64,000 bases of DNA, from positions 682,001 through 746,000 of the forward strand of contig NC_090356.1 of NCBI RefSeq assembly GCF_035084215.1. The letters run 5' to 3'. Origin of the DNA: Heptranchias perlo. Its lineage: Eukaryota. This document shows positions 41,501 to 52,346 of this stretch, in pieces (position 1 is the stretch's first letter; every line of letters begins with the position of its first letter). The translations under genes and the position numbers were made by a program. The notes beneath the pieces are model-generated. The model was not told the origin of the DNA. It searched no databases and saw only the letters and a program-made list of their open reading frames with translations.

Positions 41501-44500
41501 TGGAACCCTGTGTGAGAACCTCTCTGGATACATCGAGGGCATCCTGAAACCCATCGTACAGGGAACCCCCAGCTTCTGTCACGACACTACAGACTTCCTA
41601 CAAAAACTCAGTACCCACGGACTAGTTGAACCAGGAACACTTCTCACCACGATGGACGTCTCGGCACTCTACACCAGTATCCCCCACGATGACGGCATCG
41701 CTGCGACAGCATCAATACTCAACACCAACAACAGCCAATCTCCAGACGCCATCCTACAACTCATCCGCTTCATCCTGGATCACAATGTCCTCACCTTCAA
41801 TAACCAGTTCTTTACCCAAACACACGGAACAGCCACGGGGACCAAATTTGCACCCCAATACGCCAACATTTTCATGCACAAGTTCGAGCAGGACTTCTTC
41901 ACTGCACAGGACCTCCAACCAACGCTATACACCAGATACATCGACAACATTTTCTTTCTATGGACCCACGGCAAAGAATCACGAAAGAGACTACACGATA
42001 ACATCAACAAGTTCCAACCCACCATCAAGCTCACCATGGACCACTCCTCAGAATCAGTTTCTTTCTTGGACACACGAATCTCCATCAAAGACGGGCAGCT
42101 CAGCACCTCACTCTACCGCAAGCCCACGGACAACCTCACGATGCTCCACTTTTCCAGCTTCCACCCTAACCACGTCAAAGAGGCCATCCCCTATGGACAG
42201 GCCCTGCGAATACACAGGGTCTGCTCAGACGAGGAGGAACGCAATGGACACCGACAGACTCTGAAAGACGCCCTGGTAAGAACGGGATATGACGCTCGAC
42301 TCATCGATTGACAGTTCCGACGGGCCACAGCGAAAAATCGCGTAGACCTCCTCAGAAGACTAACACGGGACGCAACCAACAGTCGTCCAGTACTTCCCCG
42401 GAGCAGAGAAACTACGCCATGTTCTCCGCAGCCTTCAACATGTCATCAATGACGACGAACACCTCGCTATGGCCATCCCCACACCTCCACTACTCGCCTT
42501 TAAACAGCCACCCAACCTCAAACAGACTATCGTTCGCAGCAAATTACCCAGCTTTCAGGAGAACAGCGTCCACGACACCACACAACCCTGCCACGGTAAC
42601 CTCTGCAAGACATGCCAGATCAACGACACAGATACCACCATCACACGAGAGGACACCACCCACCAGGTGCATGGCTCATACTCCTGTGACTCGGCCAACG
42701 TTGTCTACCTCATACGTTGCAGGAAAGGATGCCCCAGAGCATGGTACATTGGCGAGACCATGCAGACACTGCGACAACGGATGAACGGACACCGCGCAAC
42801 AATCGCCAGACAGGAGGGTTCCCTCCCAGTCAGGGAACACTTCAGCAGTCATGGACATTCAGCCACCGACCTTCGGGTAAGCGTACTCCAAGGCGGCCTT
42901 CGAGGCACACGACAACGCAAAATCGTCGAGCAGAAATTGATAGCCAAGTTCCGCACCCATGAGGACGGCCTCAACCGGGATCTTGGGTTCATGTCACGCT
43001 ACATGTAAGCCCACCAGCGAACAAAAGCTATCTGTTTTTAATATAACGGGTCATTTGCTGGCTTTCTCTGCCTTCCGGATGTTTCTGCCTCTCTCTCTCT
43101 GTTTTTTTTTCCTGTTTGTTTTTTTTGTTGAATGTATATTCGGGGGTTCTGTAGGTGACACCTCTCTGTCTGAACACGGTGATTGCCTTGGCAACGGGCA
43201 GTTGCAAAGGCTGTCTGTAATCACCATGTATTGTTCTGTGATTTATAAATGCGTAGGCTTCGAGGAGTTCCTGACATTTACCTGAGGAAGGAGGAAGCCT
43301 CTGAAAGCTTGTAGATTTCAAATAAAATCGTTGGACTATAACTTGGTGTTGTAAAATTGTTTACAACAGAAATGTTTGAGGGAGGTATGAAAAGTGAATG
43401 ATATAGACGGGCAACAATTTGCAACCCAAAGAGCTACCGTGCACAGCCTGGTAGTTGTTTTACACTGGTAGAGACCCACCCTTGGAGGGGGAATGAAACC
43501 TCGTACATGGGGTGGGTGAGGGGAGAAAATGGAGTAGAAACTAACTCAACAAAGTGTAAGTTCATACAGTTGTACATGATGACAGAAATAGCAAATTAAA
43601 GTCTTCCTCACCTTCTCAATCAGAGGCTTAATGCAGTGCAGTGTGTCCTGAATGTACTGGTTAAGCTCCGGATGACATGACATCTACACAAACACAGCAT
43701 TCGAAGGGTAAACAAAGCATCATTCAGCAAAAAAAGTAATTATTAATATTTTTTAAAGCATTAAATCCCCAATGGCAGCTCCACGCTAACCAGACTCAAA
43801 CAATGGGGGAAAGCAGAAAAAGGGGCGTATGACAGATGTCATGTTGATAATACAAGTGAGAACCAGGCTGAATATAGAAAGTTCAGATAAGAGGATCAAT
43901 GAGAGAGTATGAGAATAGACTGGCAACTAACATAAAAAGGGAATCCAAAAGTCTTCTATAGGCATATAAATAGTAAACGGTTAGTAAGAGGAGGAGTGGG
44001 GCTGATTGGGGACCAAAAAGGAGATCTACACATGGAGGCAGAGGGAATGGGTGAGGTACTAAATGAGTACTTTGCATCTGTTGCTGAAGGAAGTAAGGGT
44101 GGAAATTGCAGGGATACTGGCCATAATCTTCCAAACATCCTTCGATGCGAGGGTGCCAGAGAACTGGAGAATTTTTTTTAAAATTCGTTCATGGGATGTG
44201 GGCGTCGCTTGGCAAGGCCGGCATTTATTGCCCATCCCTAATTGCCCTTGAGAAGGTGGTGGTGAGCCGCCTTCTTGAACCGCTGCAGTCCAAGTGGTGA
44301 AGGTTCTCCCACAGTGCTGTTAGGAAGGGAGTTCCAGGATTTTGACCCAGCGACAACGAAGGAACGACGATATATTTCCAAGTCGGGATGGTGTGTGACT
44401 TGGATGGGAACGTGCAGGTGGTGTTGTTCCCATGTACCTGCTGCTCTTGTCCTTCTAGGTGGTAGAGGACGCAGGTTTGGGAGGTGCTGTCGAAGAAGCC

Positions 44501-47236
44501 TTAAGAAGTTGCTGCAGTGCATCCTGTGGATGGTACACACTGCAGCCACAGTGCGCCGGTGGTGAAGGGAGTGAATGTTTAGGGTGGTGGATGGTGTGCC
44601 AATCAAGCGGGCTGCTTTGTCCTGGTATCGAGCTTCTTCAGTGTTGATGGAGCTGCACTCATCCAGGCAAGTGGAGAGTATTCCATCACACTCCTGACTT
44701 GTGCCTTGTAGATGGTGGAAAGGCTTTGGGGAGTCAGGAAGTGAGTCACTCGCCACAGAATACCCAGCCTCTGACCTGCTCTTGTAGCCACAGTATTTAT
44801 ATGGCTGGTCCAGTTAAGTTTACGGTCAATGGTGACCCCCACTGCAAACGTTACACCCTTGTTCAAAAAAGGGGTAAGTATAAACCCAACAACTACAGGC
44901 CAGTCAGTTTAACCTCGGTGGTGGGGAAGATTTTAGAAACCATGATCCAGGACAAAATTAACAGTCACTTGGACAAGTGTGGATTAATAAAAGAAAGCCA
45001 GCACGGATTTGTTAAAGGCAAATCGTGTTCAAAAAACTCAATCAAGTTAGTTAATGAGGTAACAGAAAAGGTTGATAAGGGCAATGAGGTTGATGTGGTG
45101 TATATGGACTTCCAAAAGGCATTTGATAAAGTGCCACATAATAGGCTGTCAGTAAAGTTGAAGCCCGTGGAATAAAAGGGGCGTAGCAGTATAGTTGCAG
45201 AAAATAATCAATAAGGCTAATGGAATGCTGGCCTTTATATCCAGAAGACTGCAGTACAAGGGGGCAGAAGTTATGCTGCAGCTATACAAAACCCTGGTTA
45301 GACCGCACCTGGAGTACTGTGAGCAGTTCTGGGCACTGCACCTTCGGAAGGACATATTGGCCTTGGAGGGAGTGCAGCATAGGTTTACTAGAATGATACC
45401 CGGACTTCAAAGGTTAAGTTACAGGGAGAGATTACACAAATTGGGGTTGTATTCTCTGGAGTTTAGAAGGTTAAGGGGTGATCTGATCGAAGTTTATAAG
45501 ATATGAAAGGGAACGGATAGTGTGGATAGAGAGAAACTATTTCCACTGGTTGGGGATTTTAGGAGTAGGGGGCACAGTCTAAAAATTAGAGCCAGACCTT
45601 TCAGGAGTGAGATTAGAAAACATTTCTACACACAAAGGGTGATAGAAGTTTGGAACTCTCTTCCGCAAACGGCAATTGATACTAGCTCAATTGCTAAATT
45701 TAAATCTGAGATAGAAAGTTTTTTGGCAACCAAAGTTATTAAGGGATATGGGCCAAAGGCAGGTATATGGAGTTAGATCACAGATCAGCCATGATCTTAT
45801 CAAATGGCGGAGCAGGCACAAAGGGCTGAATGGCCTACTCCTGTTCCTATGTTCCTAGTTATGAAATTGGCTAAGTGACAGGAAACAGAGGAGTAGTGGT
45901 GAATGGTTGTTTTTCAGACTGGAGGGAGGTGTACAGTGGTGTTCCCCAGGGGTCAGTATTAGGACCACTGCTTTTCTTGATATATATTAATGCCTTGGAC
46001 TTGAGTGTACAGGGCACAATTTCAAAATTTGCAGATGACACAAAACTTGGAAGTGTAGTGAACAGTGAGGAGGATAGTGATAGACTTCAAGAGGACATAG
46101 ACAGACTGGTGGAATGGACGGACACGTGCCAGATGAAATTTAACGCAGAGAAGTGCGAAGTGATACATTTTGGTAGGAAGAACGAGGAAAGGCAATATAA
46201 ACTAAAGGGTACAACTTTTTTAAGCAGCGGGTGGTTATGATCTGGAATGCAGTGCCTGAAAGGGTGATGGAGGCAGATTCAATTGTGGCTTTCTAAAGGG
46301 AATTGGATAAGGACTTGAAGGGAAAAAATTTGCAGGGCTACGGGGATAGGGCAGGGGAGTGGGACTAGCTGGATTGCTCTTGCAGAGAGCTGGCATGGGC
46401 TCGATGGGCCGAATGGCCTCCTTCTGTGCTGTAACCATTCTATGACTCTAATGTTGTAACTAAGTGGTGTAGAATGACATGGTGTTGAGAGAATGAGCTA
46501 TCCAGCAGTACTGCAGATCGCTGCTTCAGAAAATCAAGAAGTTGGAAACTCATCAGTTTTCTCACCTGGACAGGTACATTGTACTTCTTCCTCTTCTGAA
46601 AGATTCCAATTGGATAAACCTCCCTGACGTAAAGGATCATATGAACAGCCACTTCCAGAAATTCACACAGTACATCTGCGACCACTGGAGAGAGGCAGAG
46701 ACAATATGAGACCAGCTGCATGTTGGGGAGGAGGGGCACAGCTTGTGGTGAATGGCTGGGGGAACCAGGCCAATATAGGGAGGGGAAACAAGGCTGTGCG
46801 AAATTTGAAATGTTGTCTCTATTGGGCCTATTTAGCACAAAACATTGTAACAAAGGCAGCAGGTAGAGGCCTCAGCACCCCTGGACCGGCGAGGGGGCGG
46901 AAACAAACTCAGTATTCCCACTCCTAATCACCATCAGTAACTCCGCCTGAAAGTGCACATGTGGATATCAGGTGAACATAAGCTCAGGATCAGTTAAGAT
47001 GCCTCCAAAACTCACTGACTGGTGAGTCATCGACCACTTGGGCAAGCTGCAGCAGTGGATATGTACCCCAGCCAGAATCAGCACCTTCAGGAGAGGGAGA
47101 AGGGAGACTATTGACAAGAAAACAAAGTAGTCAGCTTTGTTGCACAGTTTCAAACAGAGTATCTCTGACTGAAAGTGAAAATATCAAAAACTGCACCTTG
47201 TCCAAAATTGAGATCTTGTCGTGTGAGGGTGGCCAT
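26542..47236 (-). CDS. MAD2L2: Mitotic spindle assembly checkpoint protein MAD2B / REV7 (HORMA domain), complete, 8 coding exons, 211 aa
   Basis: Exons 47236-47197 ([13 protein letters not shown]), 46684-46566 ([40 protein letters not shown]), 43683-43612 ([24 protein letters not shown]), 38660-38560, 31058-30964, 27922-27849, 27098-27006 (DFPW...[14 protein letters not shown]) and 26583-26542 ([13 protein letters not shown]). Total 636 nt, all introns GT-AG. Confidence 0.97.
27190..27720 (-). mobile_element. degenerate 3' fragment of the LINE family seen at 52347-55700
   Basis: Homologous to the 55100-55680 region; a similar fragment lies at 38870-39430. Confidence 0.7.
28365..28939 (+). 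mobile_element. 5'-truncated Penelope-like element (GIY-YIG tail plus pLTR) inserted in a SINE
   Basis: [11 protein letters not shown]...[15 protein letters not shown] followed by a pLTR tail homologous to 42830-43365. A 12-bp TSD AACATCTACAAA lies at 28353-28364 and 28940-28951. Confidence 0.88.
28850..28890 (+). ncRNA. minimal hammerhead ribozyme motif (PLE subfamily variant)
   Basis: atttgc-CTGAGGA-a-ggaga(aaa)tctcc-GAAA-gctt-gtgaat, with a compensatory G-C to A-U change in stem II relative to the 40222 copy. Confidence 0.68.
29137..30382 (-). mobile_element. young CR1 3' fragment
   Basis: Open 369-aa RT ORF at 29224-30333 and a (CTATGATT)n tail. Confidence 0.92.
31846..35143 (+). mobile_element. 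young CR1 LINE, 5'-truncated in ORF1, with intact ORF2
   Basis: ORF1 C-terminus of SGNH-esterase type (...YKPDGLHL...GEGLN*, stop 31997), then ORF2, a 3' UTR and a (TTCTTATG)n tail. Possible TSD ATTGTG at 31840 and 35144. Confidence 0.92.
32081..34936 (+). CDS. CR1 ORF2p: APE endonuclease plus reverse transcriptase, uninterrupted 951 aa
   Basis: Motifs [26 protein letters not shown] (endonuclease) and [36 protein letters not shown] (RT). Confidence 0.9.
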   Translation: MLKKEKAGTKRHKTDLKVLYLNARSIRNKMDELTAQITTYGYDLVAITETWLQGDNDWELNMPGYLTIRKDRQEGRGGGVAMLIKEGITVIQRNDIGTKHQDNETVWVEIRNNKGKKTLVGVVYRPPNSCNSAGRSINQEIVGACNKGTAIIMGDFNYHINWTNQIGQSSLEDEFIECIRDGFLEQYVTDPTRGQATLDLVLCNESGLINNVLVKDPLGTSDHNMVEFHIQLEGEKVDSQTSVLSLNKGDYDGMRAELIKVDWENRLKGKTVHEQWCSFRELFYNFQNKYIPLRKKGCKRNDSHPWLSKEIKDSIRLKTRTYKVAKLSGRIEDWEFFKRQQKVTKGLIKKGKLDYEKKLAKNIKTDSKSFYSYIKRKRVAKANIGPLEDETGKLMVGNMEMAKMLNKYFVSVFTVEDTKNIPTLDKQGTLGGEELNTIKITQEMVLSKIMGLKADKSPGPDGFHPRVLREVAVGIVDALVIVFQNSLDSGEVPADWKTANVTPLFKKGSRQKAGNYRPVSLTSVVGKILESIIKETVTEHLDKHNLIGQSQHGFMKGKSCLTNLLEFFEDITYRVDKGEPVDVVYLDFQKAFDKVPHKRLLLKIKNHGIGGNILAWVEDWLSNRKQRVGINGSFSDWQPVTSGVPQGSVLGPQLFTIYINDLEEGTECNISKFADDTKMGGKVESEEDIKNLQGDIDRLGEWAEIWQMQYNIGKCEVMHFGRKNQRASYFLNGERLESTAVQRDLGVLVQENQKVGMQVQQVIKKANGMLAFIARGIEYKNKEVLLHLYKVLVRPHLEYCIQFWSPYLRKDILALEAVQRRFTRLIPRMRGRTYEERLSRLGLYSLEFRRMRGDLIETYKIVKGLDRVDAVRMFPKMGETRTRGHNLRIRGCSFKTEMRRNFFTQRVVGLWNMLPQEAVEATSLDKFKTEIDSFLEVKGIRGYGERAGNWT
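35325..35482 (-). mobile_element. non-autonomous SINE-like derivative of the 52347-55700 LINE
   Basis: The LINE 5' head sequence (...gaaatggccgagcaagccactcagttgt) is joined directly to the LINE 3' tail (caagaaggcggctcacc...gggcaataaatg...cccacatcccacgaatgaat). Confidence 0.7.
36115..37845 (+). mobile_element. CR1 LINE fragment, decayed
   Basis: RT pieces at 36330-36566, 36667-37188 and 37262-37480, then the tail ctatgactcta. Confidence 0.9.
40222..40262 (+). ncRNA. minimal type-I hammerhead ribozyme motif in the PLE 5' pLTR
   Basis: atttac-CTGAGGA-a-ggagg(aag)cctcc-GAAA-gctt-gtagat. Stem I is atttac/gtagat, stem II is ggagg/cctcc, and the palindrome AAGCTT replaces stem III. Confidence 0.75.
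43276..43316 (+). ncRNA. minimal hammerhead ribozyme motif in the PLE 3' pLTR
   Basis: Same motif, with stem II ggagg/cctct (G-U closing pair). Confidence 0.7.
43810..46450 (+). mobile_element. nested LINE cluster: host CR1 interrupted by a minus-strand LINE 3' end (about 44180-44840) and a second CR1 3' end (about 45195-45857)
   Basis: The host RT resumes after each insert (44841 YRPVSLTS; 45875 [13 protein letters not shown]), and each insert has its own tail. Confidence 0.85.
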
Positions 47237-47984
47237 GTTCACAAATGCCTGTAGGAGAAACAAAATCAATTGGTCAGGGGGCAGGGTTTAAGAAAATTAT
47301 AGGTGTTTATTCCTTGACCCACTGGCAGCAGAAGAACTGATTCCACATCTCAACACATTCTCCTTTGGAATATTTGCAATGGTGTTGTAATTTGTAATGC
47401 TTTTCACTAAGCATTCATCAGTTCGAACGCTTTGAATTCCATATTTAAATACTGGACCAATGATGTGTGGTATCACTCTCAGCCCATGGTCCAAGGCTGT
47501 GCAGCCCTCTGAACAAGGCCAGTACAGATCTGTGGTCATATTAACACAGTTGCAATAACCCTAGACTTGGTATTCAATGGGAGTTTCGAACAGATTGCAG
47601 GTCCAAGAATGAAATCCAAATCAAATCTGCTTGAAACCTCCTCCCCCACCCCGGATCTCCAGGGTCACACATATCCTGCAACCGTCAGGCAATCTGCATT
47701 TAGGCCTCCAGAGGCCAGCTCCTGAACTGCACGCCCAGCTCAGGACACTGCTCCCTCCCCGCAGGCAGGCTGATGCCTAGACTCCACTCTACCTCACTAC
47801 AGCACAGGACGTCAGTGGAGTGGAAGACTGAATCCACGTCCAGTCACTCTGTACAGTCACACCACAGATCACCTCCAGAAGTTATAAAATGGCTACCAAG
47901 ATTTCCAGTGAAAAGACTGTTAGATTAACATTTCCTCCAAGAACCAGGGAAACTTGCACTTATAAAGCACCTTTACTGGAGTGA

Positions 47985-49662
47985 ATGTCAAGCTTTGAAA
48001 CTGAAATCGATAGATTTTTGCTAACCAAGGGTATTAAACATTATGGAGCCAAGGCGGGTGGAGTTCAGATACCAATCAGCCATGCTCTCATTGAATGGTG
48101 GCACAGGCTCAGGAATGAGTACTGCGTACAGTTCTGGTCACCATATTACAGGAAAGATGTGATTGCACTAGAGAGGGTACAGAGGAGATTTACGAGGATA
48201 GATTTAAAGTAATTGGTGGAAGGATTAGAGGGGAGTGGAGGAGAAATTTTTTCACCCAAGGGTGGTGGGGCTCTGGAACTCACTCCCTGTCAGGGTGGTA
48301 GAGGCTGATAGAAAGAGGAGTAAGCCAATGTTTCAATAAATCCATTCATTTATGAACTTGCAACATGAAAAATGACCAAAGCTGCCAGATTGTTGTAAAA
48401 ATCCAACAGGTTCATTGCACTGATACCATTGTTTAAAAAGGGAGAAAGGGATAGACCAAATAATTACCTAACCTCGGGGGTGGGCAAATTTTTGGAAAAA
48501 ATTCTGAAGGACAATATTAATAGTCATTTAGAAAGGCACGGATTAATCAAGGACAGTCAGCATGGATTTGTTAAGGGAAGGTCATGTCTGACTAACCTGA
48601 GTGAATTTTTTGAGGAGGTAACAAGGAGAGTCGATGAGGGTAGCACGTTTGATGTCTACATGGATTTTAGCAAGGCTTTTGACAAGGTCCCACATGGCAG
48701 ACTGGTCAAAAAAGTACAAGCCCATGGGATCCAAAGGAGAGTGGCAAGTTGGATCCAGAATTGGCTCAGTGGCAGGAAGCAAAGGGTAATGGTTGACAGG
48801 TGTTTTTGTGACTGGAAGGCTGTTTCCAGTGGGGTTCTGCAGGGCTCAGTACTAAGTCCCTTGTTTTTTGTGGTATACATGAATGATTTAGACTTAAATG
48901 TAGGGGCCATGATTAAGAAGTTTGGAGATGATTCAAAAGTTAGCCATGTGGTTGATAGTGAGGAGGAAAGCTGTAGACTGCAGGAAGGTATCAATGGACT
49001 GGTCAGGTGGGCAGAAAAGCGGCAAATGGAATCAATCCAGAGAAGTGTGAGGTAATGCATTTGGGGAGGGCAAACAAGGCAAAGGAATACAGAATAAATG
49101 GGAGGATACTAAGAAGTGCAGAGAAACAGAGGGACCTTGGAATGCATGTACACAGATCCTTGAAGGTAGCAGGACAAGTAGATAAGGTGGTTCAAAAGGT
49201 ATACGGGATATTTTCCTTTATTAGCTGAGGCATAGAATATAAGAGTAGCGAGGTTATGCTAGAACTGTATAAAACATTGGTTCGGCCACAGCTTGAGTAC
49301 TGCGTACAGTTCTGGTCACCATATTACAGGAAAGATGTGATTGCACTAGAGAGGGTACAGAGGAGATTTACGAGGATAGATTTAAAGTAATTGGTGGAAG
49401 GATTAGAGGGGAGTGGAGGAGAAATTTTTTCACCCAAGGGTGGTGGGGGTCTGGAACTCACTCCCTGTCAGGGTGGTAGAGGCAGAAACCCTCAACTCAT
49501 TTAAAAGGTATTTGGATGTGCACTTGAAATGCCACAACCTACAAGGCTACGGAGCAAGAGCTGGAAAGTGGGATTAGGCTGGGTGGCTCATTTTCAGCCA
49601 GCACAGATACGATGGGCCAAATGGCCTCCTTCTGAGCTGTAAATTTCTTTGATTCTATGATT
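47985..49662 (+). mobile_element. CR1 fragments including a local 190-bp duplication
   Basis: RT ORFs at 48429-49055 and 49007-49228. Segment 48116-48305 duplicates 49294-49483. Confidence 0.85.
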
Positions 49663-49999
49663 CTAAGGGAACCTGCCATCCTGCATGAATCCAGTCCCAC
49701 GGTGTGTGGTTGACTCATAATTCCCTCAGTAGCAGTCACTTCAGAACACAGTCATTTATTATTCCCCCTCCTTTTCCTGCCCCCATTGGCACCGATTCTT
49801 GCTGGAATACAACCTATCTGCTACCTTGCCCAAGTGCCCATTCTTCACGTCCAAGCCTCTGAGAACTCTTGCCTCTGGGTCTGAGTGTTAAGGGCTCAAG
49901 CCCCACTCCAGGTCCTGAGCATATAGACTAGACTGATACGTTGCTGCACGAATGAGGGAGTCAGAGATGCTGTCTTTCAGGCAAGAAATTAAGCTAAGG

Positions 50000-50545
50000 C
50001 CTGTGGCTCACTGGGTAGCACTCTCACCTCTGAGTCAGAAGATTGTGGGTTCAAGTCTAACTCCAGAGACTTGAGCACAAAATCCAGGCAGACTGTCCCA
50101 ATGCAGAACTGAGGAAGTGCTGGGCGGGCGGCACTGAGGGAGCGCTGCACCGTTGGGCGGGCGGCACTGAGGGAGCGCTGCAGCGTCGGGCGGGCGGCAC
50201 TGAGGGAGCGCTGCAGCGTCGGGCCGGCGGGCTGCTCTGTCAGAGGCGATATCTTTCGGATGAGACGTTAATCTGAGGCCCTGTCTGCCCCCTCAGTTGG
50301 GTGGAAAGGATCCCATTGCACTAATCAAGGAGGAGTTCTCACTTGGTGTCCTGGCCAATATTTATCCTGCAACCATCACTGAAACAGATTATCCCATTGT
50401 TGTTTGTGGGATCTTGCTGTGCACAAATTGGCTGCTGCCTTTCCTACAACAGTGACCACACTTCAAAAAGTATTTCAACGGCTGGAAAGCGCTTTGGAAT
50501 ATCCTGAGGTCGGGAAAGGCGATACAGAAATGCAAGTCTTTCTCT
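50000..50545 (+). mobile_element. tRNA-derived SINE with an internal 33-bp tandem expansion
   Basis: A-box-like tggctcactgggtagc and B-box-like ggttcaagtc. The unit gggcgggcggcactgagggagcgctgca occurs 3 times at 50122-50225. Related copies lie at about 17050-17290 and 28200-29110. Confidence 0.7.
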
Positions 50546-50857
50546 TTTTCCCAGTGGTTGAGCTGCATGTTGGCGATCCCGCTGCAATATTGGAGCGGGA
50601 GGCGGGAGGCGGGTCTCCGGGCCGCGGGGACACCCGAGCCGCCGCCTTTCATTGTCGGTGAAGCGTTTGAAGATACCCGTGAAACGGGTGGCATCCCCGC
50701 AGGGTCACTGTGCGGCCCTGAGCGGGATCCTTGGCTCCTATCCGGGGCCCCGAGGCCATTTGTAGCCGCTGCCCGGGCCCAGTCTGCTCACACCGCGCTT
50801 GGGGTTTAGTCTATCGGCAGCGTCACCGTTCCTTGGTGCCCGCCGCCGGCATTAACG

Positions 50858-51058
50858 CCCCCGATCCCCGGCCCTCCGCGCGCCCCCGATCCCCGGCCCG
50901 GGCCCTCCGCGCGCCCCCGATCCCCGGCCCCTCCGCGCGCCCCCGATCCCCGGGCCCTCCGCGCGCCCCCGATCCCCGGCCCGGGCCCTCCGCGCGCCCC
51001 CGATCCCCGGCCCCGGGCCCTCCGCGCGCCCCCGATCCCCGGGCCCTCCGCGCGCCCC
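50858..51058. repeat. GC-rich VNTR in MAD2L2 intron 1
   Basis: cccccgatccccggcc..ctccgcgcg units. Confidence 0.9.
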
Positions 51059-51130
51059 TCACCTTCCGCCGTTTCTCAGCTACGTAATGCGCCGTGACGT
51101 CAGCACCGAGTGCCCACAGCGCGAGCGTCA
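51058..51130 (-). promoter_or_regulatory. probable MAD2L2 non-coding first exon and promoter in a CpG island, with a palindromic CRE
   Basis: Minus-strand donor AAG|GTGAG at about 51063/51062, TGACGTCA at 51095-51102, and a CpG-dense region at about 50570-51130. The first coding exon has an acceptor at 47249, so an upstream exon is required. Confidence 0.6.
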
Positions 51131-51149
51131 GTTTAAACCCAACGCAGCT

Positions 51150-52340
51150 TGAGCCCCAAAACCCCCCTCACCCTAAACCACCCAAACCCCCCTCACAACC
51201 CCCCCATCACCCCCCACCCAAACCCCCCATCACCCCCCACCCAAACCCCCCTCACAACCCCCCCATCACCCCCCACCCAAACCCCCCTCACAACCCCCCC
51301 ATCACCCCCCACCCAAACCCCCCTCACAACCCCCCATCACCCCCTCACAACCCCCCCATCACCCCCCACCCAAACCCCCCTCACAACCCCCCATCACCCC
51401 CCACCCAAACCCCCCTCACAACCCCCCCATCACCCCCCACCCAAACCCCCCTCACAACCCCCCCATCACCCCCCACCCAAACCCCCCTCACAACCCCCCC
51501 ATCACCCCCCACCCAAACCCCCCTCACAACCCCCCCATCACCCCCCACCCAAACCCCCCTCACAACCCCCCCATCACCCCCCACCCAAACCCCCCTCACA
51601 ACCCCCCCATCACCCCCCACCCAAACCCCCCTCACAACCCCCCCATCACCCCCCACCCAAACCCCCCTCACAACCCCCCCATCACCCCCCACCCAAACCC
51701 CCCTCACAACCCCCCCATCACCCCCCACCCAAACCCCCCTCACAACCCCCCCATCACCCCCCACCCAAACCCCCCTCACAACCCCCCCATCACCCCCCAC
51801 CCAAACCCCCCTCACAAACCCCCCCACCCAAACCCCCCTCACAACCCCCCCATCACCCCCCACCCAAAACCCCCTCACAACCGCCCCATCACCCTCCACC
51901 CAAACCCCCCTCACAACCCCCCCATCACCCCCACCCAAACCCCCCATCACCCCCCACCCAAACCCCCCTCACAACCCCCCATCACCCCCACCCAATCACC
52001 CCCACCCAAACCCCCCTCACAACCCCCCATCACCTCCCACCCAACCCCCCCATCACCCCCCACCCAAACCCCCCATCACCCCCACCCAAACCCCCCCTCA
52101 CCCCCATCCCAAACCGCCCCCCTTACAAACCCCCCTCAAACCCCAGCACCCCACCCCCTAACCCTAAACCACCCCACCCCAAACCCCCTCACCCAAACCC
52201 CCCACCCCCTCACCCACCCCCCCACCCCAAACCCCTCCATCCCCCTCACCCAAACCCCCCTCACCCCAAACCCCCCCACCCCCCTCACCCCTCCACCCAA
52301 ACCCCCCCACACCCCACCCTCACCCTAAACCCCACACCCA
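51150..52340. repeat. 36-bp C-rich VNTR upstream of MAD2L2
   Basis: Unit cccccctcacaacccccccatcaccccccacccaaa, which gives a 12-aa periodicity in the spurious ORFs. Confidence 0.95.
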
Positions 52341-52346
52341 GAGACC

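Larger units (their letters stand above)
39516..43365 (+). mobile_element. Penelope-like retroelement (RT plus GIY-YIG endonuclease) with a partial-tandem pseudo-LTR, decayed
   Basis: ORF from ATG 40349 (MATIDTTNC...) containing [42 protein letters not shown] and RYIDNIF, then GIY-YIG (NVVYLIRC...WYIGET...GLN) ending at 43008. It is broken by a frameshift at about 41020, TGA at 42309 and a deletion at about 42380. Segment 39516-40310 duplicates the 3' end (about 42570-43365). A 10-bp TSD ACAGAAATGT lies at 39506-39515 and 43366-43375. Confidence 0.93.

Noticed and set aside
39516-43365. LTR retrotransposon or endogenous retrovirus
   Set aside because: The direct repeats contain GIY-YIG coding sequence, and there is no gag, protease, integrase or TG..CA end. 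This is a PLE pseudo-LTR.
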